Below are positions 47,101 to 56,411 of a stretch of 64,000 bases of DNA, piece after piece. Each line of letters opens with the position of its first letter. Position 1 is the stretch's first letter. The position numbers and the translations under genes are program-made. The stretch covers positions 2,604,001 to 2,668,000 of the forward strand of contig OY740826.1 in the NCBI GenBank assembly GCA_963514005.1, read 5' to 3'. Below the pieces are notes generated by a model. It worked only from the letters and a program-made list of their open reading frames with translations. It did not search any database and was not told the origin of the DNA. This DNA comes from Raja brachyura. Its lineage: Eukaryota.

Positions 47101-47176
47101 CCCCACCCCCCTTATTCAGTTTAAAACCATCCGTGTAGCAGTGGCAAACCTGCCGGCCAGAATGCTGGTCCCCCAC
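44103..47176 (-). pseudogene. CR1 ORF2 (EN and RT) in three pieces
   Basis: LNARSIRNK, ITETWL*, GDFN, LDWVL, SDHN, KSPGPD, LDFQKAFD, PQGSVLGP, FADD. Confidence 0.93.
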
Positions 47177-48089
47177 CTGTTAAGATGCAATCCGTCCCTT
47201 TTGTACAGTTCCCCCTTACTATAAAAAAAATCCCAGTGATCTAAGAATCTAAATCCCTGCCCCCTGCACCAGTTCCTCAGCCACACATTCAGGTCCCATA
47301 TCTCCCTGTTCCTGCTCTCGCCAGCACGAGGAACTGGAAGCAAACCGGAGATAACAACCCTGGAAGTCCTGCTTTTCAGCATTTTTCCGAGCTCTCTGAA
47401 GTCCCGCTGCAAAAAATTCATCTCCTTCTTTCCAACATCATTTGTGCCAACATGCACGACCACTTCCGGCTGGTCACCTTCGCCCTTGAGGATTGTCTGC
47501 ACTCTGTCCGTAACATCCTGGATCCTGGCACCAGGAAGGCAGCACACCATCCTGGAATCCCGTCTGTTGCCGCAAAAACCCCTGTCCATACCTCTCACAA
47601 TGGAGTCTCCAACTACAATGGCGTTGCCCGACTTTGGCCTCTGTGGGTTTGGCAAGCCAGTCCGCCGCTCAGTGGGATACCGTCTTCTGTCCCGGCAGCT
47701 TCCACGTGGGTGAACCTGTTCACAAGAGGTACAACACCCGGGGACCTTTGCATCCCATGTTTTCCTCCCTTTCTCACCGTCACCCACCTTCTCTCTTCTA
47801 GTGCCTTTGGTGTAACAATCTCGCTGAAGGACTTGTCGAGAAACGACTCAGTTTCTCGAATGAACCCGAGGTCATCCACTTGTTTCTCCAGTTCCCCAAC
47901 ACGGTCCTTCAGGAGCTGTACCTGGATGCACTTCTCACATTTGTAGCATCCAGAGGCACCAGCAGTGTCCTTGACCTCCCACATACTGCAAGCATCACAC
48001 TGCATCAGCTTGCTTGACATCTTCTTTTGCCTCGGTCTCGCCCTATCCAGTATTTTGCGCAGCCTCCTCGCCGAAAACTCTCGAGCCAA
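47116..48089 (-). pseudogene. CR1 ORF1 (zinc finger/leucine zipper and SGNH esterase), frameshifted
   Basis: CxxC..CxxC followed by a heptad region, then VVGDSIVR, HVGTND, DGLHL (SGNH blocks). Confidence 0.9.
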
Positions 48090-48220
48090 AGACTCACACT
48101 TTACTCACAGGGCACTTCCCTCACAAGACCACTCCCTCACTGCCTCTCCCCCAAGAGCTGCCTTGCTTATATTGACTGTTCAATTGCCTAATTTACAAAC
48201 CAAATTCCTCAGTTTTGAGG

Positions 48221-48633
48221 AACTGCTTTCCCCCTCTGACTCACTGAGAACTCTCCTCCCACTTGGGCTAGAGCCAATCAGTGCTTTCTCCTGCTTCTCT
48301 TTGTTGCTGTTGCTTCAAAATCCACGGGAAGACTGAGTGAAGTCTGCCTGTGCTTTGCCTCTCCTTTTTAACTGCTCTCCCCCTCTGACTCACTGAGAAC
48401 TCTCCTCCCACTTGGGCTAGAGCCAATCAGTGCTTTCTCCTGCTTCTCTTTGTTGCTGTTGCTTCAAAATCCACGGGAAGACTGAGTGAAGTCTGCCTGT
48501 GCTTTGCCTCTCCTTTTTAACTGCTCTCCCCCTCTGACTCACTGAGAACTCTCCTCCCACTTGGGCTAGAGCCAATCAGTGCTTTCTCCTGCTTCTCTTT
48601 GTTGCTGTTGCTTCAAAATCCACGGGAAGACTG
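48221..48633 (-). repeat. 149-bp tandem monomers (about 2.8 copies) at the CR1 5' end
   Basis: Units start at 48221, 48370 and 48519 and are near-identical. Each contains AGCCAATCA and TGACTCA. Confidence 0.93.
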
Positions 48634-49568
48634 TGCAAGGCAGCTCTTGGGAAGACTACCTCCTGTGGCAGCTTGTTCCTTGCACCAACCACCCTTTGTG
48701 AAAAAGTTACCTCTCAGATTCCTATTAACTTTTTTCCCCCCTCTCACCTTAAACCTATTTCTTTTGGTCCTCGATTCACCTACTCTGGGCAAAAGGCTCT
48801 GTGTGTCTACCCAATCTATTCCTCTCATGATTTTATGCACCTCCATAAGAGCACCCATCATCTTCATGCATGCAATGAATAGTATCCCAGCCGACCCATT
48901 CCTGGCAACATCCTCACCAATCTTCTCCGTACCCTTTCCAGCTGTAAACATCTTTCCTATCACACGGTGCCCAGAACTGAATGCACATATTCTAAATGCG
49001 GCTTCACCAACAACGTACACAACTACAACATGACCTCCCAATTTCTAAACTGTGCGAACTGTGTGAGCAGGTGTGAATGGGTCAATTGATAGGTGGATAC
49101 AGGTGAGGGGGGCAGATGATTAGACTAGGTGGGTGAATCTAAGACCAGAGGTCATAGCCCCAGAATTGAAGGATGTTCTTTTGGGAAGGCGATAGAAACA
49201 TACAGTGGCTTGCAAAAGTTTTCATACCACATTTTGTCACGTTACAACCATAAACGTAAATGTATTTTATTGGGATTTTATGTGATAGACCAACACAAAG
49301 TGGCGCATAATTGTGAAGTGGAAGGAAAATGGTACATGGTTTTCAATTTTTTTTTACAAATAAAAAACTGAAAAGTGTGGCTTGCAAAAGTATTCAGCCC
49401 CCTTTACTCTGATACCCCTAAATAAAATCCAGTGCAACCAATTGCCTACAGAAGTCACCTAATTAGTAAATAGAGTCCACTTGTGTGTAATCTAATCTCA
49501 GTATAAATCCAGCTGTTTTGTGAAGGCCTCAGAGGTTTGTTAGAGAACATTAGTGAACAAACAGCATC

Positions 49569-50584
49569 ATGAAGCCCAAGGAACACACCAGACAGGTCAG
49601 GGATAAAGTTGTGGAGAAGTTTAAAGCAGGGTCAGGTTATAAAAAAATATCCCAAGCTTTGAACATCTCACGGAGCACTGTTCAATCCATCATCCGAAAA
49701 TGGAAAGAGTATGGCACAACTGCAAGCCTACCAAGACATGGCCTTCCACCTAAACTGACAGGCCAGGCAAGGAGAGCATTGATCAGAGAAGCAGCCAAGA
49801 GGCCCGTGGTAACTCTGGAGGAGCTGCAGAGATCCATAGCTCAGGTGGGAGAATCTGTCCACAGGACAACTATTAGTCGTGCACTCCACAAATGGGGCCT
49901 TTATGGAAGAGCGGCAAGAAGAAAGCCATTGTTGAAACAAAGCCATAAGAAGTCCCATTTGCAGTTTGCCACAAGCCATGTGGGGGACACAGCAAACATG
50001 TGGAGGAAGGTGCTCTGGTCTGATGAGACCAAAATTGAAGTTTTTGGCCTAAATGCAAAACGCTACGTGTGGCGGAAAACTAACACTGCACATCACCCTG
50101 AACACACCATCCCCACTGTGAAACATGGTGGTGGCAGCATCATGCTGTGCGGATGCTTTTCTTCAGCAGGGACAGGGAAGCTGGTCAGAGTTGATGGGAA
50201 AATGGATGGAGCCAAATACAGGGCATTCTTGGAAGAAAACATGTTAGAGTCTGCAAAAGACTTGAGACTGTGGCGGAGGTTCACCTTCCAGCATGTCAAC
50301 GACCCTAAACATACAGCCAGAGCTACAATGGAATGGTTTAGATCAAAGCATATTCATGCGTTAGAATGGCCCAAAGTCCAGACCTAAACCCAATTGAGAA
50401 TCTCTGGCAAGACTTGAAAATTGCTGTTCACAGGCGCTCTCCATCCAATCTGACTGAGCTTGAGCTATTTTGCAAAGAAGAATGGGCAAAAATTTCAGTC
50501 TCTAGATGTGCAAAGCTGGTAAAGACACACCCCAAAAGACTTGCAGCTGTAATTGTAGAACCACCTTTTGCTGCAAAGTATTGA
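49569..50584 (+). pseudogene. Tc1 transposase, disabled
   Basis: HTH region, WSDETK, KHGGG, SPDLNPIENLW. The second catalytic Asp reads V (QHVNDPKH). Frameshift near 50373. Confidence 0.93.
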
Positions 50585-50933
50585 CTCAGGGGGGCAGAAT
50601 ACTTTTGCACACCACACTTTTTAGCTTTTTATTTGTAATAAAATTTGGAAACCATGTATAATTTTCCTTCCACTTCACAATTATGCACCACTTTGTGTTG
50701 ATCTATCACATAAAATAGTAAGATTAAACGAGAACTTACCAGTTCGAAGGTTGATCTATATTTCATGAGGAGTTGCGATGAGGTATTTCGTGAAGAACCC
50801 GCCAGCACGCATGCGCGACATTCTTCAAAGTAGCGGTGTGGAATCACAGAAACCAACAGAAATGACTTGGCATAGTAAGATTGAAGAGACTCTAATTACC
50901 AGTTGAGTATGATCGAGGGTTGGGAGTGGAGGG

Positions 50934-51046
50934 CACGAAATCCCTCATCGCAACTCCTCATGAAATAAAGATCAACCTTCGAACTGGTAAGTTCTCGTTT
51001 AATCTTACTATTTCATTTCGGAGTCACGTGAGTGACTTCGTGAAGA
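50934..51046. repeat. DIRS internal complementary region (ICR)
   Basis: 50934-51009 is the reverse complement of 50717-50792 (2 mismatches). 51010-51046 is the reverse complement of 56015-56051. Confidence 0.95.
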
Positions 51047-51190
51047 CTTCAAAGCTTCTGTGATTGCACGCCCTGGACCACGTCCATGCTGACACACCAC
51101 TAGCAAGGATGGATGGGAGTAAACAATTTTCCAAACTGCTTATACTGAAAAACAAGAATAATATTTATAAATAACAAAGCAAAAAAAACC

Positions 51191-52180
51191 TTATTCGGGG
51201 ACATCTCCACGTTCTTGACCTGCATTCAGCATGGCCTCCGCGAACTGTAGAGGAGCAGCAACAGGCTTGTTGTAAAATCGCTGAAATACAGCTTCATTCG
51301 CCCATCCTGCTGTAGCGAGAATATGGTCCATGGGCACCTCCATGACCCTCGCTGCCGACGTTGATGCAGCCCTGGTGGAATGGGATTTGAAGACATTAGT
51401 GTCGATACCTGACTTACCCAAGACGATCCTGAGCCACCTGGATATCGTCTGGACTGTCACTAGATGGTGCGGTTTCTTGTGAGTGACAAGCAGGTATTTC
51501 TCCATTCCCCTTATGTTTCTCGTCACCTTGACATAGTGACGGATATGGGCGGCTAAACAGAGCCTTGCATCTGCGGGGTATGCCGGGAACTTCAGCTGCA
51601 GCCCTGTGCACCCAGGTCTATGCTGCTTTAGTAGCTCATCGATAAAGAAGACTACTTCTGCAGGGGTAGAGATCATCCTGTCAATCCGGATTTTATGCAG
51701 TGTCTGTACCCTCTGCGCTGAAGTCAGTGCTAGTAACATCACCAGTTTCATGGTGAGTTTGTCCAGCTCTAGCCCTTCCATGGGCGACCACGTCCTGAGC
51801 AGGGTTAGTACTTTCCTGACATCCCAGGTGATATTATAGCATGGTCTAGGTGGATTCGAATTGAATATACCCCGCATGAGCCTGGACACCAGCCTGTTGG
51901 ATCCTACCTCAATATTGAGGTAGAATGACAGTGCGCTTCTGGCGCTGTTGATGGCACTGTAGCTCAAGTGTTCATCATGGTGCAACCCCGCGAGGAATTC
52001 CAATACGTCGGCTATGGATGCATCGTCATATGTGATTTGAGAGCGGCCACAGTAGGCTTCCCATTTTCGGATGTGGGAGAGGTATTGCCGCCTGGTGGAC
52101 TCCCGGCACGATGCTCCAATGGTATCCATAGTTCTGAGTGACAGGCCATACTGCAGTAATGGCCGGTTTAGAATCTGCAA
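51191..52180 (-). CDS. DIRS tyrosine recombinase
   Basis: 329-aa open frame. SAM-like N-domain (YSAINSARSAL) and catalytic set SAQR, KQHRPG, HSTR, GW, FQRFY. Confidence 0.92.
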   Translation of the reverse strand: MQILNRPLLQYGLSLRTMDTIGASCRESTRRQYLSHIRKWEAYCGRSQITYDDASIADVLEFLAGLHHDEHLSYSAINSARSALSFYLNIEVGSNRLVSRLMRGIFNSNPPRPCYNITWDVRKVLTLLRTWSPMEGLELDKLTMKLVMLLALTSAQRVQTLHKIRIDRMISTPAEVVFFIDELLKQHRPGCTGLQLKFPAYPADARLCLAAHIRHYVKVTRNIRGMEKYLLVTHKKPHHLVTVQTISRWLRIVLGKSGIDTNVFKSHSTRAASTSAARVMEVPMDHILATAGWANEAVFQRFYNKPVAAPLQFAEAMLNAGQERGDVPE

Positions 52181-52311
52181 GCCAATAAATTCAGATAGCT
52201 ATGGCAAGGATGTGGCTCCCCCGACACAGGGTTAGTGACCAATTGTGGGCAACCCTCTAAGAGGACCCAAGGCTGACTGATCATGTCAAAGACCACCGGA
52301 TACCATGGTGG

Positions 52312-54170
52312 TCAGTCGGGTATAATAAGAATGCCCTTAGCAGCATCCATCTGGATTTTCTGCAATACCCGACTGATGAGGCAAAATGGGGGGAATGCAT
52401 AGAAAAACCAATTCCCCCAGTCCAGCGAGAATGCATCCATCGCCATTGCACCAGGATCTGGTTCCCACGAAACGTATGTTGGTACCTGATGGTTCAACCG
52501 TGACGCAAAGAGGTCGATATCCGGTTTACCAAATTTAGCTGTAATTTTAGCGAAGATTTGAGGATGCAACATCCACTCGATGTTGTCATTAAACTTGCGT
52601 GACCTGGTGTCTGCCACAGTATTGAGCTCACCTGGTAAATAGGTAGCTGAAATCCAAATATTCCGTTGAATACACCAGAGCCAAATTGTATTAGCCAATT
52701 CATCACATGAAATTGATCTGGTACCGCCCATATGGTTTAAATATGCCACCGCAGTGGTATTGTCTATTTGGATACGGACATGAGCGTCTGTAAGATTGGA
52801 ACAATAAGCTCGAAGTCCGTGAAATGCTGCAAGCATCTCCAAATAGTTTATCCCTTGTGACAACAACATAGTAGATTCAAGGGTGTCCCATCTTCCCCCG
52901 CAACTGGAGTAGTTGTCCGTAGCTCCCCAGCCATAGGAGCTTGCATCGGTTTGCAAGTATACCATCGGATTGGGCACAATAATGGGTTTAAATGAGTCAC
53001 TAATATGGTCCACCCACCACTGTAACTCAATCTTAGCTTTAAGAGGCAGCTGCATTGATCTATCGAAATGACCGGCGTTCTGTTTTAACGCAGAGATCTT
53101 GGCTCTTTGCAAATTTTGATAATGCAAAGGCCCATATTGGGCTGCTGGAAACAATGCTACGATCTTGCCAATCACCTTAGCAGTTTGCCTAATTGATGGT
53201 ATACTGGCACAGGCTAAATCTTGACATGCTTGGGTGACATCCCGAACCTTGTTAGCCGGTATGGTGGCCCTCATGCGATTGGAATCCACAGTGAACCCCA
53301 GATAATCCATAACCTGTGAAGGGCAGAACTTCGATTTATCTGGATGGACAATAAACCCCATTTCCTGAAAAAGTGCCACAGTGGCTGAGACTACATGTTC
53401 AGCCGACTCCAGGGTGTTGCCAACAATCAATATATCATCCAAATAGGCCATCACTATATGATGTTGCTTCCGTAGCCTGGCCATAATGGGTTTCAGTAAT
53501 TTAGTAAACAATCTAGGGGCGGTAGTAAGCCCATTTGGCAAAGCCCTGTATTGCCAGAGTTGATCCATCCAGACAAATTTTAAGAACTTCCTGTGGTGTT
53601 TCCGAATGGATACAGAATAGTATGCATCTTTTAAATCAATGCATGCCATAAAGCAGCCATGAGAAAGCAATGACTTGGCTGTTTCGAAAGTGTCCATTTT
53701 GAAATGGGTGTAAGTTACAAAAGTATTCAAATGGGTCAGATCAATAATAACCCGACATCCTACATCCTTCTTGGGCCTGGTAAATATATTTGATACAAAT
53801 TCAATTGGTTCGTGTATAGTTTTTTCTATCACGCCTTTTTCTTCTAACCTTAAGATCTCAGCAAGCCTGCTGCCTGGTCAACGGCAGACAGTGTAAATGT
53901 CCGATTGGGCATATACTGGGATGGAAGAATGTCGCCGTTAATAAATTCAATTTCATGACCTTGAATACTTTGTAAAATAAATTTATCGGAAGTGATAGTT
54001 TCCCACGCCTCCAAGAAAGACCGAAGGCGCCCACCAACATGTGAAGTTAAACACACAGGTACATGAAAACCAGACCGCCTTACCTTCCTGGTTACCGGCA
54101 GTCCCTGACATGTTTGGCGGGTCGTGGAGGTGCTGGGTTGGGCTGGTGCTGTGGCGTCCGCATCTTCCAC
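52312..54170 (-). pseudogene. DIRS RT/RNase H plus N6-adenine methyltransferase-like domain, with lesions
   Basis: VGGRL..F...W (53850-54170) is frameshifted into IDLKDAYY, LPNGL..APR.F, YLDD, YLGF. RNase H motifs TDAS..GWG, INYLE, DNTTA, ADTRSR. MT-like DIDLFAS..DAF..YAFPPF. A TGA occupies the usual Trp after IIPD. Confidence 0.9.
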
Positions 54171-55888
54171 GGAGGCCGTTGCGGGCCTTGCCCTAAAAAA
54201 GGCCGTGGCTGCTGGGGCTGCTGGTATTGAGGAGGAGCTGGAGCGTAGGTCCGTGTCGGTCTGGAGACAGGGCCTCGTGGCCTAATAAATGGCGCTTTCT
54301 TGGCCGGCGGCCTGGGGGCGATCTGAGACCGCATGAGTCCCACCGTTTTGGCATGTTCATCCAGCTCCTTAACCCTCTTCGGGAGGTCTTCCCTGAACAG
54401 CTGTCTGGGCGGTGGTGGAGGAGGCGCCTTGCACAACCCAGCAAATTTTGGGTTGAGCGTGGGGCGGATGCTGCTTTTCCTGAAGGCATTTATTTTGTGC
54501 TGAGTAGCACATAGCAGCGCGAGAGCATCCTCCTGCTCTAGGTTGAGGTCCTTTCCATCCACCGACCGCGCAAACACGGTGATTCCAGCCGTGAGCAGCC
54601 TCAGGATGCGTTGGAGCTTGATCTCCTGAGTCCTGATGGCTGTGCCTATGTTGCCCCAGATCGGCGTATTGACCACGGGCACGTTGAGGGAGTTACAGTT
54701 GGATGGGGCTTTGTGCCTGTTGATGGCCTGTGGTAGAACTTCCTCCTGGAGCTGGTGGTTAGTGAGGAAGTCCACAGTGGCAGCCAGTTTGGGGTTGAGG
54801 GGAAGTCCCGCTGTTTCCGGAGAAGCAAATTTCGCCGCCACATCCAGGAGTTCCTCCTGCGGCACCTCGGATGGAACCGGTGTAGGGTCTGAAAATTCCT
54901 CCTCTTCTGGCTGCCTCAGGCTGGCTGTTGAGACTGGTGAAACCTCCCTGTGCCCTTCGATGCTGGATGCCTCCTGCCGTTGGTTCTGTAAAAGGAGCTC
55001 CAACATCCGTTCCATATGGTCAATACGCCCTTCGCCCTGAACACTCGGGCGGTCGGAGTCCTCATGCTCTGATATACTGCTGAGGCTCCTTTCATCGGCC
55101 CGCACCTCGTCGAGGTGAACCCGGTGCCGGAAGTTGTCGCTGCCAGCCGCCGCAGCAAAGCTGAGCGATTCCCGCGCGGGAGGCGTGTTCAAACGCCTTT
55201 GTTTGGCGGAGCCTAATGCCGCTGCCACGGAGGGCAAATGCGGCGGGGAGCCGGCACCCAATGCCTCAGCACGGTGACCCAATGCCCGCGCGGGCTTGCC
55301 GGCTGCCCACATCGTGGACCTTGCCGAAGCATGGTCTCGTCCTCCCATCCATGGGGGACTCGGCGACCGTGGCGGGACTCCTCCCAAATGCCCCGTCCCG
55401 GCCTCGGTGGTTGGGGAGTCAACACTGGACCTCGCAGTGGACTTGAGTCCCGCCTTTGCACCAGTCCGCTGTTTGGCGGCAGGTGATGCCTTTGCCCCTG
55501 AGGGGTTAGGCTTCCGGGCTCCATCCCTCCTTCTTTTCCGAGGGCTGAGGGAGAAGGGCCGTGCAGCCGCACGCGAGCCCTTGCCCAGGTCCGCCAACGG
55601 GCCCGTTGGCGACCTCAATGCGGAGGCAGGGTCTACCTGCTCCGGCGGCACACCGCAGTCCAGCTCCTCGAACTCCTCCCCGGAGCTGCGGTGTATCAGC
55701 GGGTCTGGTCCTGCAACAACAGGGCTCCCCGGTTTCCCCGCCTTCTTCCCGGCCTGTCTCGCAGGTGCAGCCGATGATGAGGGCTCCGGGACAGGTGGCC
55801 GGCGACTCCGGACGGATGTCTTGCGGCCTCTCGAACTCCCCTCCAACCTCTTGCTGAAAGAGAAAAAAGTACTTGCAGCAAGGACCAA
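54092..55888 (-). CDS. DIRS ORF1 (Gag-like)
   Basis: About 598-codon open frame in the Gag position. Low-complexity N-half and a helical C-half (PSNCNSLNVPVVNTPIW...RPTLNPKFAGLC..LF..DL). True start codon is uncertain. Confidence 0.8.
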   Translation of the reverse strand: MVLAASTFFSFSKRLEGSSRGRKTSVRSRRPPVPEPSSSAAPARQAGKKAGKPGSPVVAGPDPLIHRSSGEEFEELDCGVPPEQVDPASALRSPTGPLADLGKGSRAAARPFSLSPRKRRRDGARKPNPSGAKASPAAKQRTGAKAGLKSTARSSVDSPTTEAGTGHLGGVPPRSPSPPWMGGRDHASARSTMWAAGKPARALGHRAEALGAGSPPHLPSVAAALGSAKQRRLNTPPARESLSFAAAAGSDNFRHRVHLDEVRADERSLSSISEHEDSDRPSVQGEGRIDHMERMLELLLQNQRQEASSIEGHREVSPVSTASLRQPEEEEFSDPTPVPSEVPQEELLDVAAKFASPETAGLPLNPKLAATVDFLTNHQLQEEVLPQAINRHKAPSNCNSLNVPVVNTPIWGNIGTAIRTQEIKLQRILRLLTAGITVFARSVDGKDLNLEQEDALALLCATQHKINAFRKSSIRPTLNPKFAGLCKAPPPPPPRQLFREDLPKRVKELDEHAKTVGLMRSQIAPRPPAKKAPFIRPRGPVSRPTRTYAPAPPQYQQPQQPRPFLGQGPQRPPWKMRTPQHQPNPAPPRPAKHVRDCR

Positions 55889-56411
55889 CCAACTTAAGGT
55901 TAGTACAACTTACCTTAGCGGTCCCTTATGAAGGACTGGCGGGGAGCGCACCCCACCGCCAGCCGTCGACAGCAACGCGTTGCGATGATATGTCGCGCAT
56001 ATATGCTGGCGGGTTCTTCACGAAGTCACTCACGTGACTCCGAAATGAAATCCCAATTAAATACATTTACGTTTGTGGTTGTAACGTGACAAAATGTGGA
56101 AAAGTTCAAGGGGTATGAAAACATTTGCAAGCCACTGTAGACACAGAAACATAGAAAATAGGTGCAGGAGGAGGTCATTCGGCCCTTCGAGCCAGCACCG
56201 CCATTCATTGTGATCATGGCTGATCGTCCGCTATCAATAACCCGTGCCTGCCTTCTCCCCATATCCCTTGACCTCACTAGCCCCTAGAACTCTATCCAAC
56301 TCGCTCTTAAATCCATCCAGTGATTTGGCCTCCGCTGCCCTCTGTGGCAGGGAATGCCACAAATTCACAAATCTCTGGGTAAAAAGTTTTTTCTCACCTC
56401 AGTCTTAAATG

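Larger units (their letters stand above)
44004..48633 (-). mobile_element. Near full-length CR1 LINE, lightly disabled
   Basis: (TTTCTATG)n tail, ORF2, ORF1 and a 5' tandem monomer array. One frameshift in ORF1; one nonsense codon (46796) and one frameshift (about 45748) in ORF2. Confidence 0.95.
50713..56051 (-). mobile_element. Complete DIRS1-type tyrosine-recombinase retrotransposon
   Basis: Gag-like, RT/RNase H/MT and YR ORFs. Short inverted terminal repeats TTCGTGAAGAACCCGCCAGCA..ATGCGCGACAT at about 50787-50821 and 55990-56025. ICR at 50934-51046. Confidence 0.96.
49203..56137 (+). mobile_element. Tc1/mariner (IR/DR type) DNA transposon, right TIR interrupted by DIRS
   Basis: TA|CAGTGGCTTGCAAA...TTTGCAAGCCACTG|TA, with TA at 49201-2 and 56138-9. 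TIRs of about 200 bp with an internal direct repeat. The right TIR is split into 50590-50716 and 56052-56137. Confidence 0.95.

Noticed and set aside
51191-53832. Prophage integrase or bacterial retron / restriction-modification system (YR + RT + methylase)
   Set aside because: ORF order, inverted termini and ICR match a DIRS1 retrotransposon inserted in a vertebrate Tc1.
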